Source of the DNA: a virus
Taxonomy: Duplodnaviria; Caudoviricetes
Direction: 5' to 3' (one strand)
IMG/VR virus record: IMGVR_UViG_3300005805_000370
Span: 1-27,564 of that record
Length of the DNA: 27,564 bases
Under the pieces are notes generated by a model, which saw nothing but the letters and a program-made list of their open reading frames with translations, was not told the origin of the DNA and searched no databases. Made by a program: the position numbers and the translations under genes. Shown one piece after another: positions 7,967-15,831 of the stretch; within the stretch, counting starts at the first letter, position 1, and every line of letters starts with the position of its first letter.

Positions 7967-8205
7967 TACTCTGCCCCACCCTCTCGTACTAGTAGCACGA
8001 TAGCTCCATTATCTTCCAAAGCTTTCTTAACCTTTATCATATATTCTACCGCATGACGCTTGTCTTCGTCAAGTAGGGACATAAACTGTTTTTCACTAGC
8101 TTTTACTGTCAAAAAATGATCATTGTCAATAATTTGAAGGGAAAACCCCCTTGGCCCAGTACCATCTAAAGAGTGAAAAGCTCTTTTCATTGCATCTGTA
8201 TACAT
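7966..8205 (-). CDS. hypothetical protein
   Basis: Coupled ORF (TAATG). Confidence 0.75.
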   Translation of the reverse strand: MYTDAMKRAFHSLDGTGPRGFSLQIIDNDHFLTVKASEKQFMSLLDEDKRHAVEYMIKVKKALEDNGAIVLLVREGGAE

Positions 8206-8489
8206 TATTTATCCATCGTTAGATATTTCCAGGTTTCTGCCCATCTGGCTTTATCCCTGTGTCTATTAAATTCTTTAGAGATTTTTCCGCCTTCAAGGTA
8301 GACCCCTCCCCAAACTCCCCATTCCTTTTGAGAAATTCCAATTGAAAAACATTGCTTTGCTACTGGACAGGTCGCACATAGCTGATCTATTGCAGGCCTT
8401 AAATTTATATTTTCTTCATATTTATCAAAGAATAAGTTCCAATCATAGTCTTTGCAGGCAGCTTTTTCTTTCCATTTTTGAGACTGCAT
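8205..8489 (-). CDS. whiB: WhiB-family Fe-S transcription factor
   Basis: W...AAC...LFF...CATCPVAKQC...EWGVWGG. Confidence 0.9.
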   Translation of the reverse strand: MQSQKWKEKAACKDYDWNLFFDKYEENINLRPAIDQLCATCPVAKQCFSIGISQKEWGVWGGVYLEGGKISKEFNRHRDKARWAETWKYLTMDK

Positions 8490-8492
8490 TTG

Positions 8493-8702
8493 CTACCTCA
8501 TAAACTTATTTGGTATCTCCCAACCCTCAGTGGACAGAGCAAATATCTTTTGAATGTACCACCTACCTTTGATATAGGCACCATCTGGCTTAGACCAGGC
8601 AGTAGGATTTGGCAAAGACTGGACAACGTCCCAGCCACGCCATGAAAGAGTTTTGTTAGATTCAACAATCTCTTCCATTTGTTCAAGTGAAGTAATTAAC
8701 AT
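8493..8702 (-). CDS. hypothetical protein
   Basis: GGAG SD; LSWRGWDVV; colinear with neighbours. Confidence 0.75.
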   Translation of the reverse strand: MLITSLEQMEEIVESNKTLSWRGWDVVQSLPNPTAWSKPDGAYIKGRWYIQKIFALSTEGWEIPNKFMR

Positions 8703-8711
8703 TACAACTCC

Positions 8712-9080
8712 TTACTTATTTTTATCTTTGATCTCGTCATATCTCCAAGCACGAACATCAACTTCTTTGTTGTCTAAAAAGTTTGCAAGGCTAGAGAATG
8801 TTTCCTTCTTTGAGCAAAAGTAAATAAACATTTCAATCTTTTCAAAGTTATTTCTAAACCAAGATTCTGGCATATAAACCAATTTAACTGATATGCCCCT
8901 TGATTTAAAGTCAGAAACGTTTAAAAACTCTAGTGCCATCTCATTAATTCTTTTTGGTCCAGCACTAAAAACTGTCAGTCTTTTATCTGTTATTGGCATT
9001 AATCGTAATGGCATGGCCATTCCATGAATGAAAGAAGCGTAGTCGTTATAGGTTTTTGAACCCTGAATCCCCACTATCAT
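8712..9080 (-). CDS. hypothetical protein (weak SLOG/DUF2493-like N-terminus)
   Basis: MIVGIQGSKTYNDY strand-Gly-loop-helix start. Confidence 0.6.
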   Translation of the reverse strand: MIVGIQGSKTYNDYASFIHGMAMPLRLMPITDKRLTVFSAGPKRINEMALEFLNVSDFKSRGISVKLVYMPESWFRNNFEKIEMFIYFCSKKETFSSLANFLDNKEVDVRAWRYDEIKDKNK

Positions 9081-9480
9081 TTTGCTTACCTTCCGTTAAT
9101 TTTTGAACAATAAAAAACATCTTGTCTAATTCTACCTTATCCATACCCATTGTGTCAACTGTTTTTATTGTAGAATTATCAATTTGTCCATTAATAACTG
9201 AAGCCTGGTAGAATTTGTTATCTTTTATCCAGTAGGCATTGCCGTCAACGAATACTACCGTCATACTCTGCTTAGCAATTCGATCTCTAGATTGAGTCTT
9301 GATAGGCTCTGGGTCGTTTTGTAAATTTTGCAAAGCAAATAATAGTAAACTATGTATATAGCTTTGACTACGTCTAATGGGATAAATAGCAAATCTTCTG
9401 GCGATCTCAAGCTTTTGTATTGTTTTGGCAGCAATATATAATGAAGCAATACCAAAAACTATGCCAAATAAAAATTCCAT
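9046..9480 (-). CDS. hypothetical protein with N-terminal TM
   Basis: MEFLFGIVFGIASLYIAA; AYWIKDNKFY. Confidence 0.7.
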   Translation of the reverse strand: MEFLFGIVFGIASLYIAAKTIQKLEIARRFAIYPIRRSQSYIHSLLLFALQNLQNDPEPIKTQSRDRIAKQSMTVVFVDGNAYWIKDNKFYQASVINGQIDNSTIKTVDTMGMDKVELDKMFFIVQKLTEGKQNDSGDSGFKNL

Positions 9481-9501
9481 ATAAATCCCAAGACTATTAT
9501 A

Positions 9502-9840
9502 CTATTGAATCCTGAGTGCTTCTATAATGGTCATTAGTGCATGCCTATAAATTTTTGGTAGCTGTGCTACTTCGTATTCGTTTAATGCTTTAGGCATTAA
9601 GGTTACCCTTGGACTTTCTGACTCTATGTCCATTGCAACAAAGCCATGTTCCCAAAGATAAACAATTAGTCCATAGAACTCTTCATTCAGTTGTTCTTGT
9701 AATCCAGGAATAGTATTTCTTGCTTCTTCTGTAAAAGAGTATAAAAATTCTTGAGTGTCTGGATCAATTCCAGATATCTCAACATAGCCATTTAGAATTA
9801 AATATTCTAAATAGTCTTCCGAATCACTATGATTGAACAT
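9502..9840 (-). CDS. hypothetical protein
   Basis: Likely start MFNHSD at 9840, which minimises overlap with the nuclease gene. Confidence 0.7.
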   Translation of the reverse strand: MFNHSDSEDYLEYLILNGYVEISGIDPDTQEFLYSFTEEARNTIPGLQEQLNEEFYGLIVYLWEHGFVAMDIESESPRVTLMPKALNEYEVAQLPKIYRHALMTIIEALRIQ

Positions 9841-10231
9841 TGCGTTTTGCAAGCAGGGCATCAAAATCCTTGACTTTAGTATCTCCAAGATATCCCCAAG
9901 CATATCCCTTTTCAATCATTTCATGGTTTACGGAATTACCATCGCCGTCAAGGTATAGCCAACCCAATATTCTTCCATATTTTTCTGAGCTGTCAAGCTT
10001 TTCAGTTTTAATTACTACATTTTTAGCAGCTTTAATTTTAGACTCAAGGAATTTCTTTGATTCAAGTCCCAGGGCTTTCTCACGCTTGTCTGCAGTACGA
10101 GACTCTGGAGTATCAATCCCCGCTAATCTTACCCTAGATGCAAACATAATGTCAAATCCAAGATCAATAATGACATCAATTGTGTCACCATCAACAACTT
10201 TTACAACTTCTTTTACGAAATACTCATACAT
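9827..10231 (-). CDS. thermonuclease (SNase-like) nuclease
   Basis: VVDGDTID...VRLAGIDTPE...EKYGRILG...NHEMIEKGYA. Confidence 0.92.
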   Translation of the reverse strand: MYEYFVKEVVKVVDGDTIDVIIDLGFDIMFASRVRLAGIDTPESRTADKREKALGLESKKFLESKIKAAKNVVIKTEKLDSSEKYGRILGWLYLDGDGNSVNHEMIEKGYAWGYLGDTKVKDFDALLAKRNVQS

Positions 10232-10265
10232 AAAATCTCCTTATTTTAATAAAGTATATCAAACT

Positions 10266-11084
10266 TTAGCTTAAAATGCCAGCATCCGTTAGCTTTGCTA
10301 GGAATTCGTGCACTACTTTGGGGTCATGCCACTGGTCAAATTGGCTAAAAAGAATGTCTGTTACCCCAAGTTTTTCAAGTTCTAAAATCTTTTTTGTTAA
10401 TGTATCTTTTGAGCCATAAATGGGTGAGCCATTAGTTGTCCTATTTTCTTCTGGAATATTTGCAACCTCTTCTTCTGCTGCCTGGTCAGTTTCTGCTACT
10501 AAAACAGATAAAAATATAAAAATCTTTTTAAATTTTCTCTTTGTAAATTTTTCTGGATCTTCCATAAAAGATTCATAAAATGTAGCAACAATATCGGATG
10601 TTTCTTTTGCCAAATCTAGCGATTCTTTTGACGACCCTGACACTAAAATTTCTGGCATTTCATATGGAAAATAAATATTAGTTTCGTTTAATAATTTATG
10701 CATAAACTGTTTAGCGTATTCTTTTCTATAGTTATTATCGTATAGCTGTTCGCCGTGCATAATTGAACTAAATGTTTCTTTTGGACCAATTATTCCATTA
10801 ACAAGATTAAGCATTAATCGATTATTGGATATTTCATTAAATGAAGATATCAACATAGCCAAATATTGCGGACTAAAAAGATATGGCCTTACTGCAATCA
10901 TATACTTAAATTTATGATTTTTATTTACTGAACTAGATAGCTTAGTCCACATATCTCCAACCCTAGAATGCACAGTAAATAGTACAGACTCATAGCCATA
11001 GGGATCTAGCTCTTCTGTAAGAGCTTTAATGCTTTCTGGTGTCTCTGGTGGTCTATATCTATTTATCCAATGCTTTCTTATCAT
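10266..11084 (-). CDS. luciferase-like flavin-dependent monooxygenase (SsuD-like)
   Basis: YGYESVLF...KYMIAVRPYLFSPQYLA...NRLMLNLVNG...EILVSGSS...IYGS...LEKLGVTDIL. Confidence 0.8.
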   Translation of the reverse strand: MIRKHWINRYRPPETPESIKALTEELDPYGYESVLFTVHSRVGDMWTKLSSSVNKNHKFKYMIAVRPYLFSPQYLAMLISSFNEISNNRLMLNLVNGIIGPKETFSSIMHGEQLYDNNYRKEYAKQFMHKLLNETNIYFPYEMPEILVSGSSKESLDLAKETSDIVATFYESFMEDPEKFTKRKFKKIFIFLSVLVAETDQAAEEEVANIPEENRTTNGSPIYGSKDTLTKKILELEKLGVTDILFSQFDQWHDPKVVHEFLAKLTDAGILS

Positions 11085-11284
11085 TTACGAATGCCCCACT
11101 TAATTCTAGACCATATTCTTTCATGGAAAAAGTAAACAATAATTTTAATAAATATTTCAATACTTACAATTGCTGTTGCCATCTCAAGTTTTCCAGTAAC
11201 GATAAATGAAATAATAAAGGTATTTAGACTTTGCCAAAATCTATATGTCAAAGCCTTTGTAATCGAGCGAGCATTAGATTCCAA
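11081..11284 (-). CDS. DUF2061-like small membrane protein
   Basis: ESNARSITKALTYR...YFFHERIWSRIKWG; likely TTG start at 11284. Confidence 0.8.
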   Translation of the reverse strand: MESNARSITKALTYRFWQSLNTFIISFIVTGKLEMATAIVSIEIFIKIIVYFFHERIWSRIKWGIRK

Positions 11285-12038
11285 GTTCTTTTCTCTTCTG
11301 TGTAGCAGAGATTGCCTGAATTTCTGGTGGAAGATCAATGTGTTCTATTTTATAACCAACATCCCTACCATATACAATATTAGTAATATTAGGTAGCTTT
11401 ACCACCAATGTGTGTTCATGTATACTTCCGTCACTTTCAAGTATTCTTTTTCTAACTTCCTCATAAGTGAGCGGATCTTTTTCCGAAGTCCCATATGTAT
11501 TCCTAACTCCTATAAGAACTTGCTCTGTTCTTTTGTGGGCCTCCTGCTTCAATGCCTGATGCCCCTCATGCCATGGCTGATACCTGCCCAGCTGAAGGGT
11601 TGTTGGTGCAGACCAGTCAAACAGATTAAATTCTTTAATAATTGTATCAGCTTTGGTGTCGTCTTCAAGTTTCGTAAAAGTAAAGTCTACATAGCTTTCT
11701 GCAGGGTTTTGCCAGATTGTATTTGTATCGCTATATCTTCCTGCATCAATAGTATTCATCCATATTACAATATCTGACTTTCCAAATGCTGTTCTGGCAG
11801 ACTGCGTTGGACATACAAAATCTGCAATAACAGTATGACCTTGTTTTGACAGAAGCCTTGCTACTGCACCAATTCTTCTTGCCTGCTCAACTCTATCGTC
11901 AACGCTAAAGCCCAAGTCGCTGCTCAGGTCCCCCCTGACATCGTCACCATTTAGTAAAATTGCATTAATTCTGCTTGCAAGCTCTTTAGCTAGGGTAGTT
12001 TTTCCACTACCAGGAAGCCCAATTATCTCAATAATCAA
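11274..12038 (-). CDS. cysC: adenylylsulfate kinase (CysC-like) fused to HxGH nucleotidyltransferase
   Basis: GLPGSGKTT, LNGDDVR..LSSDLGFS..DR.EQARR, DFVCP; C-terminal GRYQPWHEGH and ISATQKR. Confidence 0.85.
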   Translation of the reverse strand: MIIEIIGLPGSGKTTLAKELASRINAILLNGDDVRGDLSSDLGFSVDDRVEQARRIGAVARLLSKQGHTVIADFVCPTQSARTAFGKSDIVIWMNTIDAGRYSDTNTIWQNPAESYVDFTFTKLEDDTKADTIIKEFNLFDWSAPTTLQLGRYQPWHEGHQALKQEAHKRTEQVLIGVRNTYGTSEKDPLTYEEVRKRILESDGSIHEHTLVVKLPNITNIVYGRDVGYKIEHIDLPPEIQAISATQKRKELGI

Positions 12039-12277
12039 TTTTCCCCAACCAATCTATTCTCTACAAGTCGCTCTCGTTCATCAATAATTTGATAGGCAAA
12101 TTTAGATAATTTGTCATAGCCTACTGCATTATTAACGATACTATTATAGTGATGTGAGCAAAACAATAACTCTCCGTTTACGCCAACAGCTTTTACAAAA
12201 GCTTGGGCTGAGCAATATGCGTCACATCTATCTAAGGCTGTAAGTGTCCATTCAACCTTATCTTTAAGAACCTGCAA
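12035..12277 (-). CDS. small Zn-binding conserved actinobacterial-type protein
   Basis: LTALDRCD..C.AQA...ELLFCSHH. Confidence 0.7.
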   Translation of the reverse strand: MQVLKDKVEWTLTALDRCDAYCSAQAFVKAVGVNGELLFCSHHYNSIVNNAVGYDKLSKFAYQIIDERERLVENRLVGEN

Positions 12278-12279
12278 AT

Positions 12280-12462
12280 TTACTTTCCTTTGTCAGTTGA
12301 ATAAAAGCCACCACCATTAAAGGTAACTCCTACAGAAGAGTATACTCTATTTAATGGCTTTTGACAAGCTAGACATTCTGGAACTCTTTCTTTATCTGCA
12401 ATGCCCCTAGAAATTGTAACTATGGCATCGCATGATCCACACTTATAGTCGTAAATAGGCAT
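12280..12462 (-). CDS. FmdB-family zinc ribbon protein
   Basis: MPIYDYKCGSC...CLAC...RVYS..GVTFNGGGFYSTD. Confidence 0.88.
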   Translation of the reverse strand: MPIYDYKCGSCDAIVTISRGIADKERVPECLACQKPLNRVYSSVGVTFNGGGFYSTDKGK

Positions 12463-13277
12463 TATGGTAGTTTAATAATCTGTCCAACTCTAATTTGGTT
12501 TGCACTCTTAAGTTTATTTAAACTAACAAGCTTTTGAACTGTGGTTTTATACTTAGATGCAATTCCGCCAAGTGTATCCCCAGATACTACTTTATGTGCC
12601 TTCACAGGGGCCTTTGAAGGCTTCTGAGGGGCATTTGTAGCTGGCTTAGTGGTTGGCTTAGAAACTGGCTTTACAGAGGGCTTTGGCTTGACTTCAATCG
12701 GTCTGGCACTAGCTCCTGGAGTATTTGGAGAGCTGGCTTTGTTTGATGGGGCAGATCCAACATTGGCATAATCTGCAGCTCCTTCAAGGGCAATTAAAGA
12801 TTTCATAAATTCAATTGGCTCAACAAAGCCTTTGCCGTCATCGGACCATCCGTGGGTTTTGCCTTTCCAGATTTCCCAGTGCAAATGAACACCAGTGCTC
12901 ATACCGCTGGTACCCATCGTTCCAAGCAAATCTCCAGCTTTAACCTTATCCCCCTGCTTTACTTTCATAGAGCCTTTTACAAGGTGGGCATACAAAGAAC
13001 TATAAAATTGACCATTAATGTTGTGAGTAATTTTTACATAGTACCCAAAACCGCTTGGCTCACCATTGTCTTGCTTTGTTTTAGATGGTCCAGCATATGT
13101 AACAGTTCCAGGATACGGGGCATAGATACCACGATCTTTCCCAGCGGTATAAATAATATCAGTTCCGTTGTGGTGTTTGCGTGTTTTCTTTACTGGGTGT
13201 ATTCTCCAGCCCATATAGCTAGTCACCTTCCAGTGCTTACCCAGCAAACCAGAAAGTGGCATTTGTGCTTTAGCCAT
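12462..13277 (-). CDS. endolysin: M23 peptidase + Pro/Lys linker + LysM
   Basis: HNGTD, YAHL, STGVHLHWE; C-terminal HKVVSGDTLGGIASKY...IRVGQIIKLP. Confidence 0.92.
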   Translation of the reverse strand: MAKAQMPLSGLLGKHWKVTSYMGWRIHPVKKTRKHHNGTDIIYTAGKDRGIYAPYPGTVTYAGPSKTKQDNGEPSGFGYYVKITHNINGQFYSSLYAHLVKGSMKVKQGDKVKAGDLLGTMGTSGMSTGVHLHWEIWKGKTHGWSDDGKGFVEPIEFMKSLIALEGAADYANVGSAPSNKASSPNTPGASARPIEVKPKPSVKPVSKPTTKPATNAPQKPSKAPVKAHKVVSGDTLGGIASKYKTTVQKLVSLNKLKSANQIRVGQIIKLP

Positions 13278-13312
13278 AAAAACTCCTTTTTAATAATTAT
13301 ATCATGAATCAG

Positions 13313-13385
13313 AGCTACCCAAGAGGCTCGAACTCTTGACCTTCCGCTTACAAGGCGGATGCTCTACCTACTGAGCTAGGGTAGC
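13313..13385 (-). tRNA. tRNA-Thr(TGT)
   Basis: GCTACCC/GGGTAGC acceptor, TCCGC-CTTGTAA-GCGGA. Confidence 0.95.
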
Positions 13386-13393
13386 ATTTATAA

Positions 13394-13981
13394 TTATGCC
13401 GCTAATTTAACTATCTTTTTATGCATATCCACTGCCTCTACTATAAAGTCTAAGCTGCTAACCAAATTATCGATTTCTAGCCTAAGCCTACTCCTTTCCC
13501 TTGGCATATGACCATCGTGGCTATCTCCCCAAACCTTATTGTTTTCAAAATTAATATCATTTATGGTTAAATTTTCTTTTCCAGAAAGATAGCTAAAATT
13601 AAATCTATTAACAATTTTTTTGATTTCTTGTATTGCATCAGCTTTGGCATTATTAAAATTAATAATATGGATATTGTCTGAATATTTTGTTGCATAATCT
13701 ACATATTTTTGATAATTTAAAAATGCTCGTTCTGCAGGTTGATACATTGATCTTATATCAAATCCAGGTTCTGTGTTTTCTAATTGCTTATATAACAAAG
13801 AAGCAATTGATTCTTCTGGATTTCTAAATATAGCCACATTGAAAATTTCTTTTACTTGATATATTTCTGGTATGTGAACACTTGAGACCATATCCAATGA
13901 CAGCGTTTGACGTGCCACATTGCTCATAAAAACATTTCCAGATCTAGGAAATGAATTAAAAATAAGCTGACAATGATTCAT
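13394..13981 (-). CDS. sulfotransferase-like protein
   Basis: NSFPRSGNVFM (5'-PSB-like), H, and IFRNPEESIAS (3'-PB-like RxPxxxxxS). Confidence 0.6.
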   Translation of the reverse strand: MNHCQLIFNSFPRSGNVFMSNVARQTLSLDMVSSVHIPEIYQVKEIFNVAIFRNPEESIASLLYKQLENTEPGFDIRSMYQPAERAFLNYQKYVDYATKYSDNIHIINFNNAKADAIQEIKKIVNRFNFSYLSGKENLTINDINFENNKVWGDSHDGHMPRERSRLRLEIDNLVSSLDFIVEAVDMHKKIVKLAA

Positions 13982-14029
13982 TTATAACTCCTTACATATA
14001 TTATATCATTTAAGCAATTAGTATGATAT

Positions 14030-14908
14030 TTAAATTGTGGTATTTTCATCTATATATTTTTTAATATATTGAATCATATTTGGGCGTTCTTTTGAAGGAG
14101 AGCCGCTTAGAAGAACCTCAGATATGTTTTCTGATTCTATTTTTTTTATAAAATTACAAAATTCTCTATATGTAAAATACTCAGTATCTGTTGTAGCTCT
14201 TTCTCTATCTATATAGCTACCCCCATCATAAGTGTGTATAAGTTTATCTTGGGGAAACTCCGTGTCTATTTCTTCCTGGGTTTCTCTTATAATTGGAGCA
14301 ATGGCTAACATAATTTTTTGATCAGAAATATCTAATTTTGCACCTGGTTTTGTTTGGCCAGAAATTTCTCTATCTAAAAAATAATTATTCTTATAAACAG
14401 CATAAGGTAAAATAATTTTTTCTTTTAGCTCAGTTGCTTTTTCATAAGAAAAAATATTTGTACAGCTTACATAATAGTCTGGAATTTCAATTTTGTCATT
14501 TTTTTTCATTTTAGAAAGTTCTTCTATATAATTTATTAAATAATTGGTTCTATCCTTTACAGAGGAATAGTCTGTTATTTCTCCAACAAATCCATCAAAA
14601 TCTATTTCATTTGGTTTTATGTGCCCAGCAATTAAATTAATTTGAAGCCTATCTTTTTGTATTTCATTCATTGATTTATTTATCATACAAAGATATTGGG
14701 CAGAGATGCTGTGTGGCCTTATTGCAATCATATATTTTATTTTTTGATTTAAATCTAAGCTTCTGGCTATTTTTGTAAAAAAATCACCCTGGTATGGATT
14801 ATAAGTAAATAACACGCCATCAAAACTATTTTTTTCTAAATTATTAATAGATGAGACATTGTTGCCGTCTTCTGGTCCAAGATATCCACCAAAATAATAA
14901 AATTTCAT
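14030..14908 (-). CDS. luciferase-like flavin-dependent monooxygenase
   Basis: Start MKFYYFGG (TGGTATAGT 6 nt upstream); FDGVLF, KYMIAIRPHSISAQYL, RLQINLIAG. Confidence 0.75.
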   Translation of the reverse strand: MKFYYFGGYLGPEDGNNVSSINNLEKNSFDGVLFTYNPYQGDFFTKIARSLDLNQKIKYMIAIRPHSISAQYLCMINKSMNEIQKDRLQINLIAGHIKPNEIDFDGFVGEITDYSSVKDRTNYLINYIEELSKMKKNDKIEIPDYYVSCTNIFSYEKATELKEKIILPYAVYKNNYFLDREISGQTKPGAKLDISDQKIMLAIAPIIRETQEEIDTEFPQDKLIHTYDGGSYIDRERATTDTEYFTYREFCNFIKKIESENISEVLLSGSPSKERPNMIQYIKKYIDENTTI

Positions 14909-14941
14909 TTTATAACTATACCATTCGTTGTTTTGTTTGAG

Positions 14942-15014
14942 CAGTCCCAACGGGATTCGAACCCGTGTTACCGCCGTGAAAGGGCGGTGTCCTAGGCCTC
15001 TAGACGATGGGACC
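14942..15014 (-). tRNA. tRNA-Glu(TTC)
   Basis: GGTCCCA/TGGGACT acceptor, CCGCC-CTTTCAC-GGCGG. Confidence 0.95.
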
Positions 15015-15018
15015 TCAG

Positions 15019-15092
15019 CGACTCCGATGGGACTTGAACCCACGACCCCCACCGTGACAGGGTGGTGCTCTAACCTACTGAGCTACGGAGCC
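15019..15092 (-). tRNA. tRNA-Asp(GTC)
   Basis: GGCTCCG/CGGAGTC acceptor, CCACC-CTGTCAC-GGTGG. Confidence 0.95.
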
Positions 15093-15096
15093 AATA

Positions 15097-15690
15097 TTAA
15101 ATTGCATTTAGTATTTTAGTTGTAACCTTATAAACATCATTTACTGTATTTATAAATAGTTGTTGGTCATTGGCAGATCTAATAAAACTATTTAGTTTTG
15201 CCTTGTAATTATCACGGTATTGCTTAATATCAAGATCAAAATCATAGAATGACATTTGGGCTTCTGACAAACCATATGACTGCTGAAGAATTCTTTTTAG
15301 AATTTGACCACCAGAAATATCTCCAAGATATCTAATATAATGATGTGCCAAAAGCTCTACTGGACTAGCATTACCAATCATAATCATATATTCATTGACA
15401 TGGTCTGTTAGCTTATTACTAAAAGCAATAACCTTATTTAAGTTACCAAGATCTGCAGAAATCTTCCAAGACCTTTCAAGCTTTTCATCAAAAAACATGC
15501 CAACAAGATCATCGTCAAGATTGTCTCTGACAGTTATTTCAAGAGTGTCATACACATACATTAAGATAGTCAAATACTTTACGTATGAATCAATTGGCAA
15601 ATTTCCCATGAATAGACTTTGCATAAATTCGGTTTGTTCGGCATCAGAGTGGTTTTGCTCTGTTTGCTTCTTTAGTTCCTCAGTAAACAA
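15097..15690 (-). CDS. heme oxygenase (biliverdin-producing HO family)
   Basis: LKKQTEQNHSDAE..FM (proximal His); AHHYIRYLGDISGGQIL distal helix; SFYDF; TTG start after AAGGA. Confidence 0.9.
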   Translation of the reverse strand: MFTEELKKQTEQNHSDAEQTEFMQSLFMGNLPIDSYVKYLTILMYVYDTLEITVRDNLDDDLVGMFFDEKLERSWKISADLGNLNKVIAFSNKLTDHVNEYMIMIGNASPVELLAHHYIRYLGDISGGQILKRILQQSYGLSEAQMSFYDFDLDIKQYRDNYKAKLNSFIRSANDQQLFINTVNDVYKVTTKILNAI

Positions 15691-15710
15691 TTCTTTCCTT
15701 TTGTATTGAA

Positions 15711-15753
15711 GAAGGGGTATAGGCCCATTCTTTTCCCATACCTATACCCCTCC
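15711..15753 (-). terminator. strong hairpin between tRNA-Asn and heme oxygenase
   Basis: GGAGGGGTATAGGT/GCCTATACCCCTTC 14-bp stem (with GU pairs), weak U-tract. Confidence 0.5.
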
Positions 15754-15754
15754 G

Positions 15755-15826
15755 CTCCCCCTCGTGGATTCGAACCACGAACCTTAGAGTTAACAGCTCT
15801 CTGCTCTGCCGTTGAGCTAAGGGGGA
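15755..15826 (-). tRNA. tRNA-Asn(GTT)
   Basis: TCCCCCT/AGGGGGA acceptor, AGAG-CTGTTAA-CTCT. Confidence 0.95.
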
Positions 15827-15831
15827 TGGCC

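Noticed and set aside
14003-14029. Short inverted repeat ATATCAT/ATGATAT upstream of the sulfotransferase-like gene
   Set aside because: 7 bp in very AT-rich DNA, one arm being the -10 region; could be chance
14909-15052. N-terminal extension of the LLM ORF, and ORFs 14928..15119, 15706..15909 and 3577..3804
   Set aside because: They run through tRNA genes; the LLM has a leaderless start at 14908
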